Of a stretch of DNA of 64,000 nt, positions 53,092 to 64,000 are shown piece by piece. Made by a program: the position numbers and the translations under genes. Each line of letters starts with the position of its first letter. Position 1 is the first letter of the stretch. The DNA is taken from assembly GCA_965153455.1 (NCBI GenBank), contig OZ234493.1, positions 14,374,213-14,438,212 on the forward strand, given 5' to 3'. The notes under the pieces are model-generated. The model had not been told where the DNA came from, did no database searches, and worked only from the letters and a program-made list of their open reading frames with translations. Origin of the DNA: Sphagnum compactum (taxonomy: Eukaryota).

Positions 53092-54696
53092 TTAAAATTT
53101 GTATACATCTGGAATCTTCACTGGGTACTGAGAAATACAATGGGCCCAGGGTGATTTCTGTGAGGGCTCTATGGTGCGTAGGGCCTGCCAAACAGCACTA
53201 TTGCATTTAAATCCACTACCAAAAGCAATTTGCCAGATTCTATTGCCTTTCCGCATCCTTCCTTTTGCCTCAGTATACGCCAACTCATACCAAATAGAGG
53301 ATGAGGATGTATTCCCAAATCTGTGAAGAGTCATACGTGAAGCTTCACAGTGCTCTGGCATAAGCTGCAGGTTCTTCTCAAGCTCATCAATTACAGCTCG
53401 TCCTCCTGCATGAATGCAGAAATGTTCAAACGCAAGTTTGAAATCAGGGATGTAAGGTTTCACCTTGAAGTTGAAAACCTTGCGAGCAACAAGGACTGCA
53501 AAAAACAAGATCTGTTCAGAGAGAGGGAGTACAAGAGGGCCCAGAGTAGTAATGTTTGTCTTCAGGGCATCCCCTGCAATTGCCATGAGTTCTTTAGAGA
53601 GTGACACTCCCATATATCCTGTCTCATCTTGCTCCTGATAAACACATTGGTAGCACTTGTCATCAGCTCCCTTATGAGTCCTCACAACATGGTTGAGTTT
53701 GTACTTGGATCTTGCCCTGTCTCTTCTCTTGTTGGAGAGGAGAATCGCAGCTCCACCTAGTCGGAACAGGCAGTTTGGAATGAGCATGGACTTGCGATTC
53801 CCAAAGTACCAGTTCTGTGTGATGTTTTCTGTGCTCACAACTATGGCATATGTACCACCATGAACTTGCAAAATGTCCTGCGCAAGATCAATTGAGATCA
53901 CACCGGCGCTACATCCCATTCCTCCCAAATTGAAAGTCCGGATGTTACCCCGCATTTTGTACTTGTTAACAATCATGGCTGACAGAGATGGCGTTGGATT
54001 GAAGAGAGAACAATTCACAACAAGCACACCAATGTCCTTTGGCTTCACCTTTGTTTTCTCAAACAGCTCATCCAAGCAACCAAACATAACAGCTTCTGCC
54101 TCTTCCCGTGCTAGCTTCATGCTTGGGGATGGTGGAATGGTGTGCACAGCAGGAGGAAGATAGGTATCTTCTCCCAGCCCAGATCTCTCCAAGATCTTTT
54201 GCTGGAACTCGATGCTCTTCTCATCAAACAACCCAGACATCTTTGTGTGCTCTAAGAAATAATTCATGGAAACCTTTAATGGCTCTTGTGCCAAGTAACA
54301 TGCGTAATCAACGAGGTAGATGGGTCTCGGCCTCGACATCACATACACTGTCAAGAAGAAGACGAGAAGCACCGAACAGGTGACCAAGCTGAGAAGATCA
54401 AATTTCAGATTCTCCCATAGCTGCCACATATCATCGGGTTTCAGCCGACCCACCTCCAATAGGACTCCGAGCAGCAGGGGGATGAAGAGCAAAGTCACAA
54501 GATGGGTGATGAGATAATGGTAGCCAAGTTTCACATATTTCAAGTTCACTGATTGCAAGAAATCAGGAAGACGTCTCCGTGTGCTGATGTGAACTGAAAA
54601 GATGCGCCCCGAAGAAGAAGAAGAAGAACTCATGGAGCTTGCTCTTTCAGGAGCGGGAGAAGGATTCATACCTCCTCCTTCTCCACCCTTTGCCAT
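53092..54696 (-). CDS. KCS: 3-ketoacyl-CoA synthase (FAE1/KCS family, very-long-chain fatty acid elongase condensing enzyme), intronless, 534 aa from MAKGG
   Basis: [20 protein letters not shown], two N-terminal TM helices, [10 protein letters not shown] (catalytic Cys), [24 protein letters not shown] and [16 protein letters not shown]. Confidence 0.97.
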   Translation of the reverse strand: MAKGGEGGGMNPSPAPERASSMSSSSSSSGRIFSVHISTRRRLPDFLQSVNLKYVKLGYHYLITHLVTLLFIPLLLGVLLEVGRLKPDDMWQLWENLKFDLLSLVTCSVLLVFFLTVYVMSRPRPIYLVDYACYLAQEPLKVSMNYFLEHTKMSGLFDEKSIEFQQKILERSGLGEDTYLPPAVHTIPPSPSMKLAREEAEAVMFGCLDELFEKTKVKPKDIGVLVVNCSLFNPTPSLSAMIVNKYKMRGNIRTFNLGGMGCSAGVISIDLAQDILQVHGGTYAIVVSTENITQNWYFGNRKSMLIPNCLFRLGGAAILLSNKRRDRARSKYKLNHVVRTHKGADDKCYQCVYQEQDETGYMGVSLSKELMAIAGDALKTNITTLGPLVLPLSEQILFFAVLVARKVFNFKVKPYIPDFKLAFEHFCIHAGGRAVIDELEKNLQLMPEHCEASRMTLHRFGNTSSSSIWYELAYTEAKGRMRKGNRIWQIAFGSGFKCNSAVWQALRTIEPSQKSPWAHCISQYPVKIPDVYKF

Positions 54697-55663
54697 AGTG
54701 TTGCACACAAAGTTTCGACACACCCTTTTGCCCTCCTCTTGTTGAGTTTCCACACTCGCTTTTCTTGAGAGACCCAACAATTCCTTTTCATGCAGGAAAA
54801 CACCATGCGAGAGAGAGAGAGAGCGAGAGAGAGAGAGAGGTCTAGAGACCAAAAAATGGGGCAACACCCAAATCCCCCTTTCCTTACCCCCCGAGAAGAG
54901 ACTGTGGAAGAAGCAGAAGACCCACCAAAGTATTCTTCAACTCAGGAGGATAGCAGACGAGGGAGGAAGGAGTCGAGACCCAAACAGTCAGAGACGACGC
55001 TACTGACAAAAGAGTGAGGAACCTTTCCAGGAGGCCGGAGGAGAAGCAACAGCAGCTGTAAAGCAGCGAGACTTTCCTACTTGAACTCCACTCCAAGGCT
55101 GATGGTGATGGGGGCACCACGAGAGAGTGAGAGAGAGAAAAGTGTAAAAACTCTTTGATTGCCTGCAAATGATGAACAGCAATTACACCATCACAACATA
55201 CAAAAGCTTGGCAAGAGTTCCTCCCCAACCAACAACTACTTCTGACAACACCCGACAAGGTAGCTTAACATCACATGCCTACAGTTCTGACAAAAACCTC
55301 ATATTCTCTCATTCTCTCATTCTGTCTCTGTCTCTGTCTCTCGGATACTGACTACAACACAGTCCCACCTCATTTTGAGAAAACTCTCTTTCCAACAACA
55401 ACCACAGCTAAGGACAAGAAAGGTGCAATCAATCTTCTTTCTTTGTAGAAATGCCTTTTTCTCCCCAAAAAGGGAACAACACGATGGATGACACACGAAC
55501 TTAGGTACCAATAGGCAGTGTTCACAGAAGAAAACAAACAAACAAACACTAGTAGTAGCTCCAAGACTAGAAGAGCTCCAAGTAAGAGACTACCAACTCA
55601 CTCCCATCAAGTTCTACAACCGACGACCAGTTTTGCAATTACACCAAAACCCACTTTTCATCG

Positions 55664-55792
55664 CACTCACACACACACACACACACACACTCTCTCTCTC
55701 TCTCTCTCGTTTAAATTTGGCAAAACACTAAGGCATCACCAAAACTTTAATCGCCTAAACTCTCTCTCTGTCTCTCTCTGTCTCTCTCTCTC
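55664..55792. repeat. (CA)n/(CT)n microsatellites in the KCS upstream/5'UTR region
   Basis: Visible dinucleotide runs, with further GA runs at 54808-54839 and a (GA)/(GT) run at 52019-52066. Confidence 0.85.
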
Positions 55793-57996
55793 TTCTTGTC
55801 AAGATTAGGACAACTCAGTTTACAAATCTTGACAAGAAGGTTTTTGGCTTTTCTTTTTCCCGCAACATCAACGTCGTAATGAGTGTGTTCTCTCTCTCTC
55901 TCTCTTCCCAATGGCTGGCGAGCGATGGCGCCCATCATGCGTAAGTCGCGGAGAATATGGTCGAGAGCGTCCGCTGACTGCGGCTTTTTCTTTTTTTTAG
56001 CGTTGTGTGCCAAAGTGAGAGATCTAAAGGGGAAAAGGAAAAGGGAGGCCTTACAATTGAGCCTTCACAATGCCCCCTCTTCTTCATAGGGCTTTTGCCC
56101 TTCTACTTCATGTCCCCCCCAAAAAAGAAAATAGAACCTTGCAAAATGCAATCCAATGTTAATTGTAATATGAAAATGAGCCCTTCAAATTAAAAAAACC
56201 TATATATCTATATATATATGATGTCTGAGTTATTTCTTGAATATTGAGATATGTTATTGAATGATCGGAGTTATATGCTCAAATTTATTAATGGGTTTTT
56301 TTTATAAATGTTGATTAATTTCCTATGTCATTTATATGTAATCTTCTATATGTATGTGCAATATATTTTGTGTGATTATCAAAAAATGACAATCATTTGG
56401 TGATGTTTGATTTAGGTTTGGAGAAACTCAAGGAGCATACCAAAAATTCATATATGCATTCATATTTTGTATTCTATTCATTTGGTGCAATAAAGGTTGA
56501 GGGAAATTTCATATTGTATAATCGTATTGTTATATGTCATGTAACGAAGCCGATGTAAGAATTTGTGAAGGGCATTAATTGTTAATGACTTCACCCACAA
56601 AGGGCAATGTTGAATCCAAACTTTCAAAATGAAGGGCGCCTTCAAGTGAAAGGGCAAGGGTGGCCTTCACTTTCAAGCCCACACACAATCCTATTGCACA
56701 CCTTCCGTATATTATACACTAATACTACGTCCCTTGTCTATATACAAGCATGATTAAAAAGAGGGGTTCATCCCTAGGAAGATGTCATCCCTAGGAAGAT
56801 TTAGCCAAATCTGGCTATAAGCTGAAGTCCAAATCTTTAATCATCCTTCTAAATTTTGGGTACATATTTGAAAACCAAATAGAAAAATCTGACCATTTTT
56901 TTTCCCTTTTTGTCAGTCTCACTTTTGGCTATTGAAAGTTTGAAACCCTCCAAAAGCACTTCATTTTTTATTTTTGAATTTCTCTTTTTGACAAAATTTC
57001 ACTAGTGAATTTTTTTAATAAAAAAGGCTAATAAAGATGTTTAATTAATGGTATCTACTACAATATTTTCATACCCGTGGAAAGGAAATTGGGGGTATGG
57101 GAGATTCAAAGATTTTTACACCCTAATCTTGCCTTTGGTTGGAAAGGATGTTTAAATGAGGCTGCTTCTGTTTTTTGTATTGTCTTGTTGGGGAAGTAGC
57201 TTCTAGTTTTTTCCATCATTGTGAAGAATAATAATGTGCACTAATTGATTAGAAAATCATTCTTGGAATCTACTTGAATATTAAGTATGGTGCTTGCATT
57301 TTATTATGAGAATATATTTTTCATGTATTTTAAAATATTCTCATACTTAATATTTAAAAAAATTCCCAACATTTCATTATTTGATAGCTTATACAAAAAA
57401 ATCTCTTTGTCTTAGATGTTTCCCAAAATGTACAAAGAGTGACTTCCTAGAGATTGTCTTATCTTTTGTGTATTGTCTGATGACCAGATCTCATGCTTTC
57501 ATATCAACTACACTCCCAACTTAAATGCAGCTATGAACTATGAAACAAGGCTAAGCAGTTCCCAAGTGGAACCCTTCTTTTTCTAACTTAAATATGTAAA
57601 TGCTTTCTAATCAGGGTCTTTTTTTTCCAATTTTGTGGTTAAGAAAGTTTTGCAATTTTCTTTCATTTTTAAAAGCTTATTTTTTCACATTCTACTTTTA
57701 ATTAGTCTAATAATGATCACATTTTATTGTCCATATGTGAGAATCACAAAAAATTATCATACACAGTGAAAGAAAAAAGAATTTAACTCATTTTCCACAT
57801 GTTGAACACATCGAATTTACACTAACAAAATGAGAATTCCCAAATTTTTTGTCACTATAGTGTGAAAATTGGCCCCCAAAAACAAAAAAGAAACTCTGTT
57901 TCTGATTGAGTCTTCAATCTTGCCTTATTTGGGTATTTAGATTTTTTTAGTAGAAGTATTGTTGACATTTTAGGCCTTAGAGACTTAGAATTGCAC

Positions 57997-58263
57997 AAAC
58001 ATAGCCAAGATCATGTGCCATGTACCATGTACCCATGAAATCAAACATAGTCAAGATCATGTGCCATGTACCATGTACCATGCACTCAAACATAGTCAAG
58101 ATCATGTGCCATGTACCATGTACCATGCACTCAAACATAGTCAAGATCATGTGCCATGTACCATGTACCATGCACTCAAACATAGTCAAGATCATGTGCT
58201 ATGTACCATGTACCATGCACTCAAACATAGTCAAGATCATGTGCCATGTACCATGTACCATGT
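57997..58263. repeat. 45-bp tandem repeat (about 6 copies) built from CATGTAC sub-repeats
   Basis: Unit catagtcaagatcatgtgccatgtaccatgtaccatgcactcaaa, period 45 (58091, 58136, 58181, 58226). Confidence 0.92.
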
Positions 58264-58495
58264 ATGGGCCTTTCACTTTGCCTTCTCGAAGGGATTAGTT
58301 TACTGCTTTAGGGGTGTCATTGTTGTCGTTTAATAAAAATTATGTCAAAAAATTTGCAAAATTTTACACAAAAAATAGCAAAATGAATCAAAATTACACT
58401 CAAAAAACAAAAAAAATAAAATCTCACAAAGTTCCCCAATTTTTGCCAGGAAAGAAAGACACTGAATCGGTGCGGAGGGTTCTGTGGGTTATAAC

Positions 58496-59534
58496 TAATG
58501 TTGTGCGTGTAAGTGTCAATAGCCATATATACGGTGTATAAATCCAGTGTAAGTGTAAATCATTTACACTTACACGTCCAAACTTTTTACACTTACACTT
58601 ATCCTGTTGCAGTGTATATATATTTTTTTACACTTACACGAGGCCAGTGTAAATATTTGTCAAATACACTTACACGGCCCCTAACTGTTTTGGGGAGGGT
58701 AAGTGTAAATACTAAAATTGTTTGTAAAGTCACCCTGTCTTTGAGCCTCTTTTCACCCCAAACCTTTCTTTCAGGAGTATCCATAAAATAATCCCAAAAA
58801 AATTTAATCTGGGAATGAAATGCTGAAAATCAGCATTTAATGCACAAGGTTCAAGGCTCGACGATGCATCATGGGTGCCTCATCCCAAATGATCAGATCA
58901 GCTTTACACACCAACTTGGCATAGTAGTTTTACAAGTAATAGGAGTAGTGAAAATATATGCAGCAACTGTGGAGGCGCTAAAGAAAAAGGAAGTATAGGG
59001 TGAATCTCAGTTCACCACAAAAAAACTAAGGTCCCTCCACCCTTGAATGCTCATGTTTTTTACTTTTTTGAGTCTCATGATCAAACTCAGGGTTCTAGTG
59101 TTGTTTTCCTTACTTTATAGATAATTTTATTGTATATATTTAATGACCAGACCTTCTTGCAAAGTCATATGAATTAGTTGTGGGTGTGTATTTTAATGGT
59201 TTTTCTTTTTGCAATGGGCCATTTAGATGACTTATTTTCAAAAAATATTGAAATCTCCCTTCTTCAAGTAAAAATCACTTTTTTTTATAATGTTGTTATA
59301 TATTTACATTTTTTATATAGCCATGTAAAATCATATAAATATATTTTTTTTTACATTTACATTTTTTTTATCAAACCGCATAAAAATATATAAATATATA
59401 TATTTTACACTTACACTGTTTTACATGGCATAAAATAAATCCACATGGTTTTACACTTGCACGGAGTGTAAATAAATTTCATTATGGGATTTGCACTTAG
59501 TGTAAGTCCCAAACCATTTACAGGCATAACACTG
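58496..59534. mobile_element. Non-autonomous hAT-like element with imperfect TIRs and an 8-bp TSD
   Basis: Left end taatgttgtgcgtgtaa vs reverse complement of the right end cagtgttatgcctgtaa. Flanks are gttataac (58488-58495) and gttgtaac (59535-59542). Many subterminal TACACTTACAC motifs in both orientations. Confidence 0.6.
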
Positions 59535-62500
59535 GTTGTAACTTGTGAGTACCATTGGGGTGAAAATAAATTTTGCATAGGGTAAGGAACAGCCCATGAG
59601 GCACTTCATGAATTATCGAACCAAGGATGGGCCCCCAGAATTTGGAGGAGCCACAAAACTTGGCCTTTACCTTAAGAAAGGAACTTTTCAAAATTGATGG
59701 AACCTTACAAAAAGTAGAAGGTTGTTTCTTGTTTTTGGATGTTTCCCTTTGGAAGGGACCCTCAAATTTAAAGTGAAATTATGGATACGAAGGTGCTTTG
59801 GAATACCAAAAAAACCAAACTTGAAAAAAAGTTCTTTTCTTGTAAGTAAAATTTCACTAAATCCTTGAGGCAACGGCAAGGAAAAGTGCTTATAGAAGTC
59901 ATGGTTTTCACACAACATGTAAGTGGGGGGAGGGGATACCATGCCCCGAATGCATGTTATATAATGTGTGTTGGGAGCAAGGGCAAGAGCATCAAAGATA
60001 CACACACACAATCATTGTCTTCAGTGTAAAATTCACTACGGTTTGTCTTAGACTTAAGGCGAAGGGTTTCTATCATCAAAATCTTATTTCCAACACCAAT
60101 TTGGACAATGGGATTTTATTAATGTCATGGGGACAAACTAACTAGGTATAAAAAAATTGAATAGTAATAGATCCATTTTCAATTAACCTCTTAGATGTTC
60201 CCATTATTTCATTAGAAATAATAAATCCTCTTGAGGTCTGAGAAAGGACAAATAGTGTATTTGTTAAGAGAAAAGAAAGCCAAATTCTCCAAGTTATTTA
60301 TATTTTGGACGAGAAAACACCTTCCAAGAATGGGAACGAGTGTTGTACCAGTATATAGGGTGCAACCTGAGTATATATGGTAATATTGGTACAAGTACTA
60401 GTATTGAAGAACACATTAGTCGGTAATGACCTAAGGCAATACCACCCCTTGTATAATAGGACTTGAGGTAATATCATGTTTATACCAATGTTGGGTAAGA
60501 ACCGTCAATTTGGCTTCAATTAATAGGACTATCGCATTGGATCCAACTTTTGGAAGTTTTTACCTTATTAAAATCAGTTTCACATTACATGAACCGCTTT
60601 CTTTGGTGAAAGTGTTTAGACCGTTTACATCGAAACAGATTTTTTTGGTGTTCAGAGTGTGGACACAGTACGTAGATGTACAACATCTTGGCTCAACATC
60701 TTATGTATTGGCAGGGCCAGCGTGTTTGTGATGCCTTGTTTTATTTTAAATTTATGAATTATTTTTATTAATTTATTAGAAATTTGAAATAATTAATTAA
60801 ATATTAAATATTAAACTAATAAAATAAATATTTATGTTATTAAACTTTTAATTTTTAAAAAAAACTCATATCAGAGGACCATTCTTGTATATACTCAAAA
60901 GTCAATATCATACAACACTGGTGGGAACCCATCCATCATCCCCACCAAGCATTCCTTTTGCCATTGATTGGTTGGAAACTTAAATACCATTGTTTGCATG
61001 GGCATCAATTTTGGGGGCATAATAGAGCTTTTTTTCTAAGCTAACATTGACCTCCCCCGGCCGACGAATCTGGGAAGACAATTTCCTTTTTGTGGAACCC
61101 AAAGACCCGGTCTAGACACATCCTTCTCAAGAGCTAAGAACAACTTTGTTATTGGTCTTCAACTCAGTTTCCATTTTGCTTTCATTGGTGAGGATTGTTT
61201 CTAAAGCAAAAGAAAAAGGATGATGATGCTGACCAAACCTCCTTCTCCTCCGGGTGGAATCAAATCTACAAGCAATCAAGCGTTGCACGATGATATCCAT
61301 GAAATATGAGCTTGCATTTCAACAAAACAAAGCTTCACTACTAAGTCCACCACTCCACGTTATGTGAAACCTTTTCATTGGACCCAAACATCCGAATGGG
61401 ATCATATGTTTATCACCCTCATTCAAATGAAAGCCATTATGCCGTCGCCAAACTCTTTAACAAATGTATTTTCAAAGTATGTACCAATGTCACATGGGGT
61501 ACATAAATATATCCATAGCTTACTATGCCATACCCATGCTCTCCTCAACAATATTAGTTTTAGAGTATGTACCAATGTAACATAGATACATACACATTTG
61601 CATTACTTAAAAATTTTATCAATCATGCTTCTTAGATTTGAGCTTTCAATTTTTGTGAATCAAATTTGGCCTCGTATGGATTAGGATGCTCAACATAAGT
61701 GTCACAAACATAAAGTATACAAATTAGTCTAATCAATTGCATGTCAAACAATTGTGTGAACGTCATATGTAACTTTGTAAATTTTAATCAATCGTGTCTT
61801 TATGAAAACCCAATGTGTGAATCATCATTCCTTGAATAATAGTTCCCATGTCCACGATAAATTTTGATTCACGTATGTTTAGTTAAACTGATAGATTGGG
61901 ATGCATAGTTGGAAGTTATCTATGAACTTGAAAAAGACAAAATATTTCAAGCTCTTTTTTGGTCAAATCATGGAAAAATACAATGAACAACAAAAGAAAT
62001 CACCTAGTCATTATGGAAATTGCTTAAATGTTTTCAACAAATTATAAATTACATATATTATTGCAATTACATGTAAAGTTTTACCTTGGGATTGGTGTTC
62101 AAATGTCAACCTACAATCATGACAAAACATTTCCAAAAGTTTGGGTCCATTATTCAATTGCTCCATTGGAATGTTTCCTTAACAACATCCATATTTGTAA
62201 AAGAGGTACACACAATATGTATCCATGCAAAAACCATGTAAATGAGCGTGTAAACTATTTGATTTTACAACCCCATGACTAATTTGAAATAAATACATTC
62301 TTTTCAATTGAATTATTAATACATAAAAAAATGATCATACTTATCAAAAGATAATATTTGAAGATTATTGCAAAGGGTCTTATATTGATAAAAACATATT
62401 GATAATTCTGTCAATGGTGATTCACATCTAGTGCAATTGTAAAGTATTTCTTTCAATCATTTTCCAATTATAGAATAAAAAACTTCTTGTAAGCATGGCA

Positions 62501-64000
62501 ATAATCATACACCTCATTATAATATGAAAAAAATCATATGTTAGACACAATTTTGGAAATTATATTATAAAACTTGAAGCAAAAGTTAACTTCTATCGTG
62601 GGGTTATGAATTCAAGCAATATTAAATCAACATTTAAAATTGAAACATAACTAGATCAACTCAAATCGTATTTTAATGTCAAAGTATTTTATATAGAGTT
62701 TTTTGGGGATAACTTGGTTTAACACATCATTTTTCACTAGGGAAAATATATCAATGTGGTAAAAGATCATCTCCATTGTGTAATGGTTAAATGACATTTT
62801 ATCATATCCAAACAAGCCATCAACATGTACTTGGCCCTAACATTTTATGTTTCCCCCATTGTTTGAGTTGACCCTAGATTCAATATGTTGTTTTCCTCAA
62901 AACATTTGTTCCCTCCAAGTGCACTTTCCTTCCAAAACTACGTGACAAACTTTATTTTGATTTTCATTGCACACCTCTTTCAATGTTTTGCTTGCAACTT
63001 TCTATGGACTTTGGCTTGCACTCCTACACTTTGCTTACACTTCTTTTAATAATTTGCAATATGTAATCTGTAAAGAAGTTTACTTGTGCACCAATGTGGA
63101 TTGGTGATTGCTTTATGTTTGTAGGATGTTTTATCTTTTGATTTTCACTTGTGCACCTTTGTGAATCATTGAAAAGCTTGAGTAACAATAATGAAAACTA
63201 GTTCAAATCTAACACCAAGGGAGTAAAAAAATGGAATTAATGTAGGTGAATTGTATCATTTCTTCTTTAGTGGTGCAACTTTTATAACTTTGATGCATAC
63301 ATCAGCCCAATGTAGGATCTCAAAACCAAATTACAATGAATAAAGGTAAATTTTTTCCATTGGTCAAGGATATTTTTTCTTATAAAGTTCTAGCCCCTTT
63401 TGTACGATTTTTTTGTCGTTTGCACTTGATCCTAGAAAGTTTTGATTGCTCCAAAGTCCCCTATGAATTTTGAAACATCATGTTTTATTATTCCTCATTT
63501 GGCTCCAAAGACTTCACCAATTTGTATGCATCACAAGCTGGGTGGTTATTGTTTTAGTGTTCACAAATCTTCTCCCAAAATGTGTTGCAGTTTTAGCCAT
63601 TTCCTATGATTGAACCTTGCAAGATGTGGAAAAATGAGCCCAAAAAAAACGTTCTTCCTTGAGGGAAAAAAATTTCCCCTTTTGCTTGTTTGTTGAAGTT
63701 TCAAATGCTCATGTTGTTACCATGGGTCATATTCACAAAATTCATTGACATACCCAAAAAAAATTTGATTTGGCAAGTTCAAATTTCGTTATGGTATCTT
63801 GATGCATTGGAGCCTACAACAATGATTTTGTTTTTCTCAATTTTGTGTTATTCAAGTGGCAATCATCCATAAATATATTTAACCAAATTTGGAATATTCA
63901 AAATACAAAAGTAAAAAATCTTATGCACCCTTTCATATTTTAAACAATTGTGATGATTTTTGGCAATTTCTTAATTTTGAGTTTTGGCCAAAATAATTGT

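Noticed and set aside
54697-54867. N-terminal 57-codon extension of the KCS ORF
   Set aside because: It starts at a non-ATG codon and runs through a (CT)n microsatellite, so it is likely 5'UTR/intron. The first ATG is at 54696.
57977-58333. Repetitive His/Cys/Met-rich ORFs on both strands
   Set aside because: Explained by the 45-bp tandem repeat, whose length is divisible by 3.
61020-61360. Slightly GC-richer island that looks like a gene fragment
   Set aside because: The frames I checked are interrupted, no ORF is listed here, and nothing is recognisable.

Overview
Eukaryotic, intron-rich, AT-rich land-plant genomic DNA. A bryophyte such as Sphagnum is my guess from gene style and repeats, not proven. 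Host genes: RPL15 (+, 4 exons, one GC-AG intron), dihydrofolate synthetase/FolC family (-, 10 exons), an At4g15545/NAIP-like coiled-coil gene (+, 7 exons), an uncharacterised coiled-coil gene (-) and an intronless 3-ketoacyl-CoA synthase (-). The highlight is a 9.07-kb degenerate Ty3/Gypsy-type retroelement (17103-26173, minus strand, TG...CA ends, 4-bp ACTA target-site duplication). Its domains read Gag(2x CCHC)-protease-DNMT3-like C5 cytosine methyltransferase-RT-RNaseH-integrase-PHD finger. It has no pair of normal LTRs but split direct repeats (B ... A-B-A) with an internal CA-AT-TG circle-like junction and no recognisable tRNA PBS, an architecture typical of tyrosine-recombinase (Ngaro/PAT) elements rather than DDE-integrase elements. 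The remainder contains hAT relics, satellites/minisatellites and nested short repeats.
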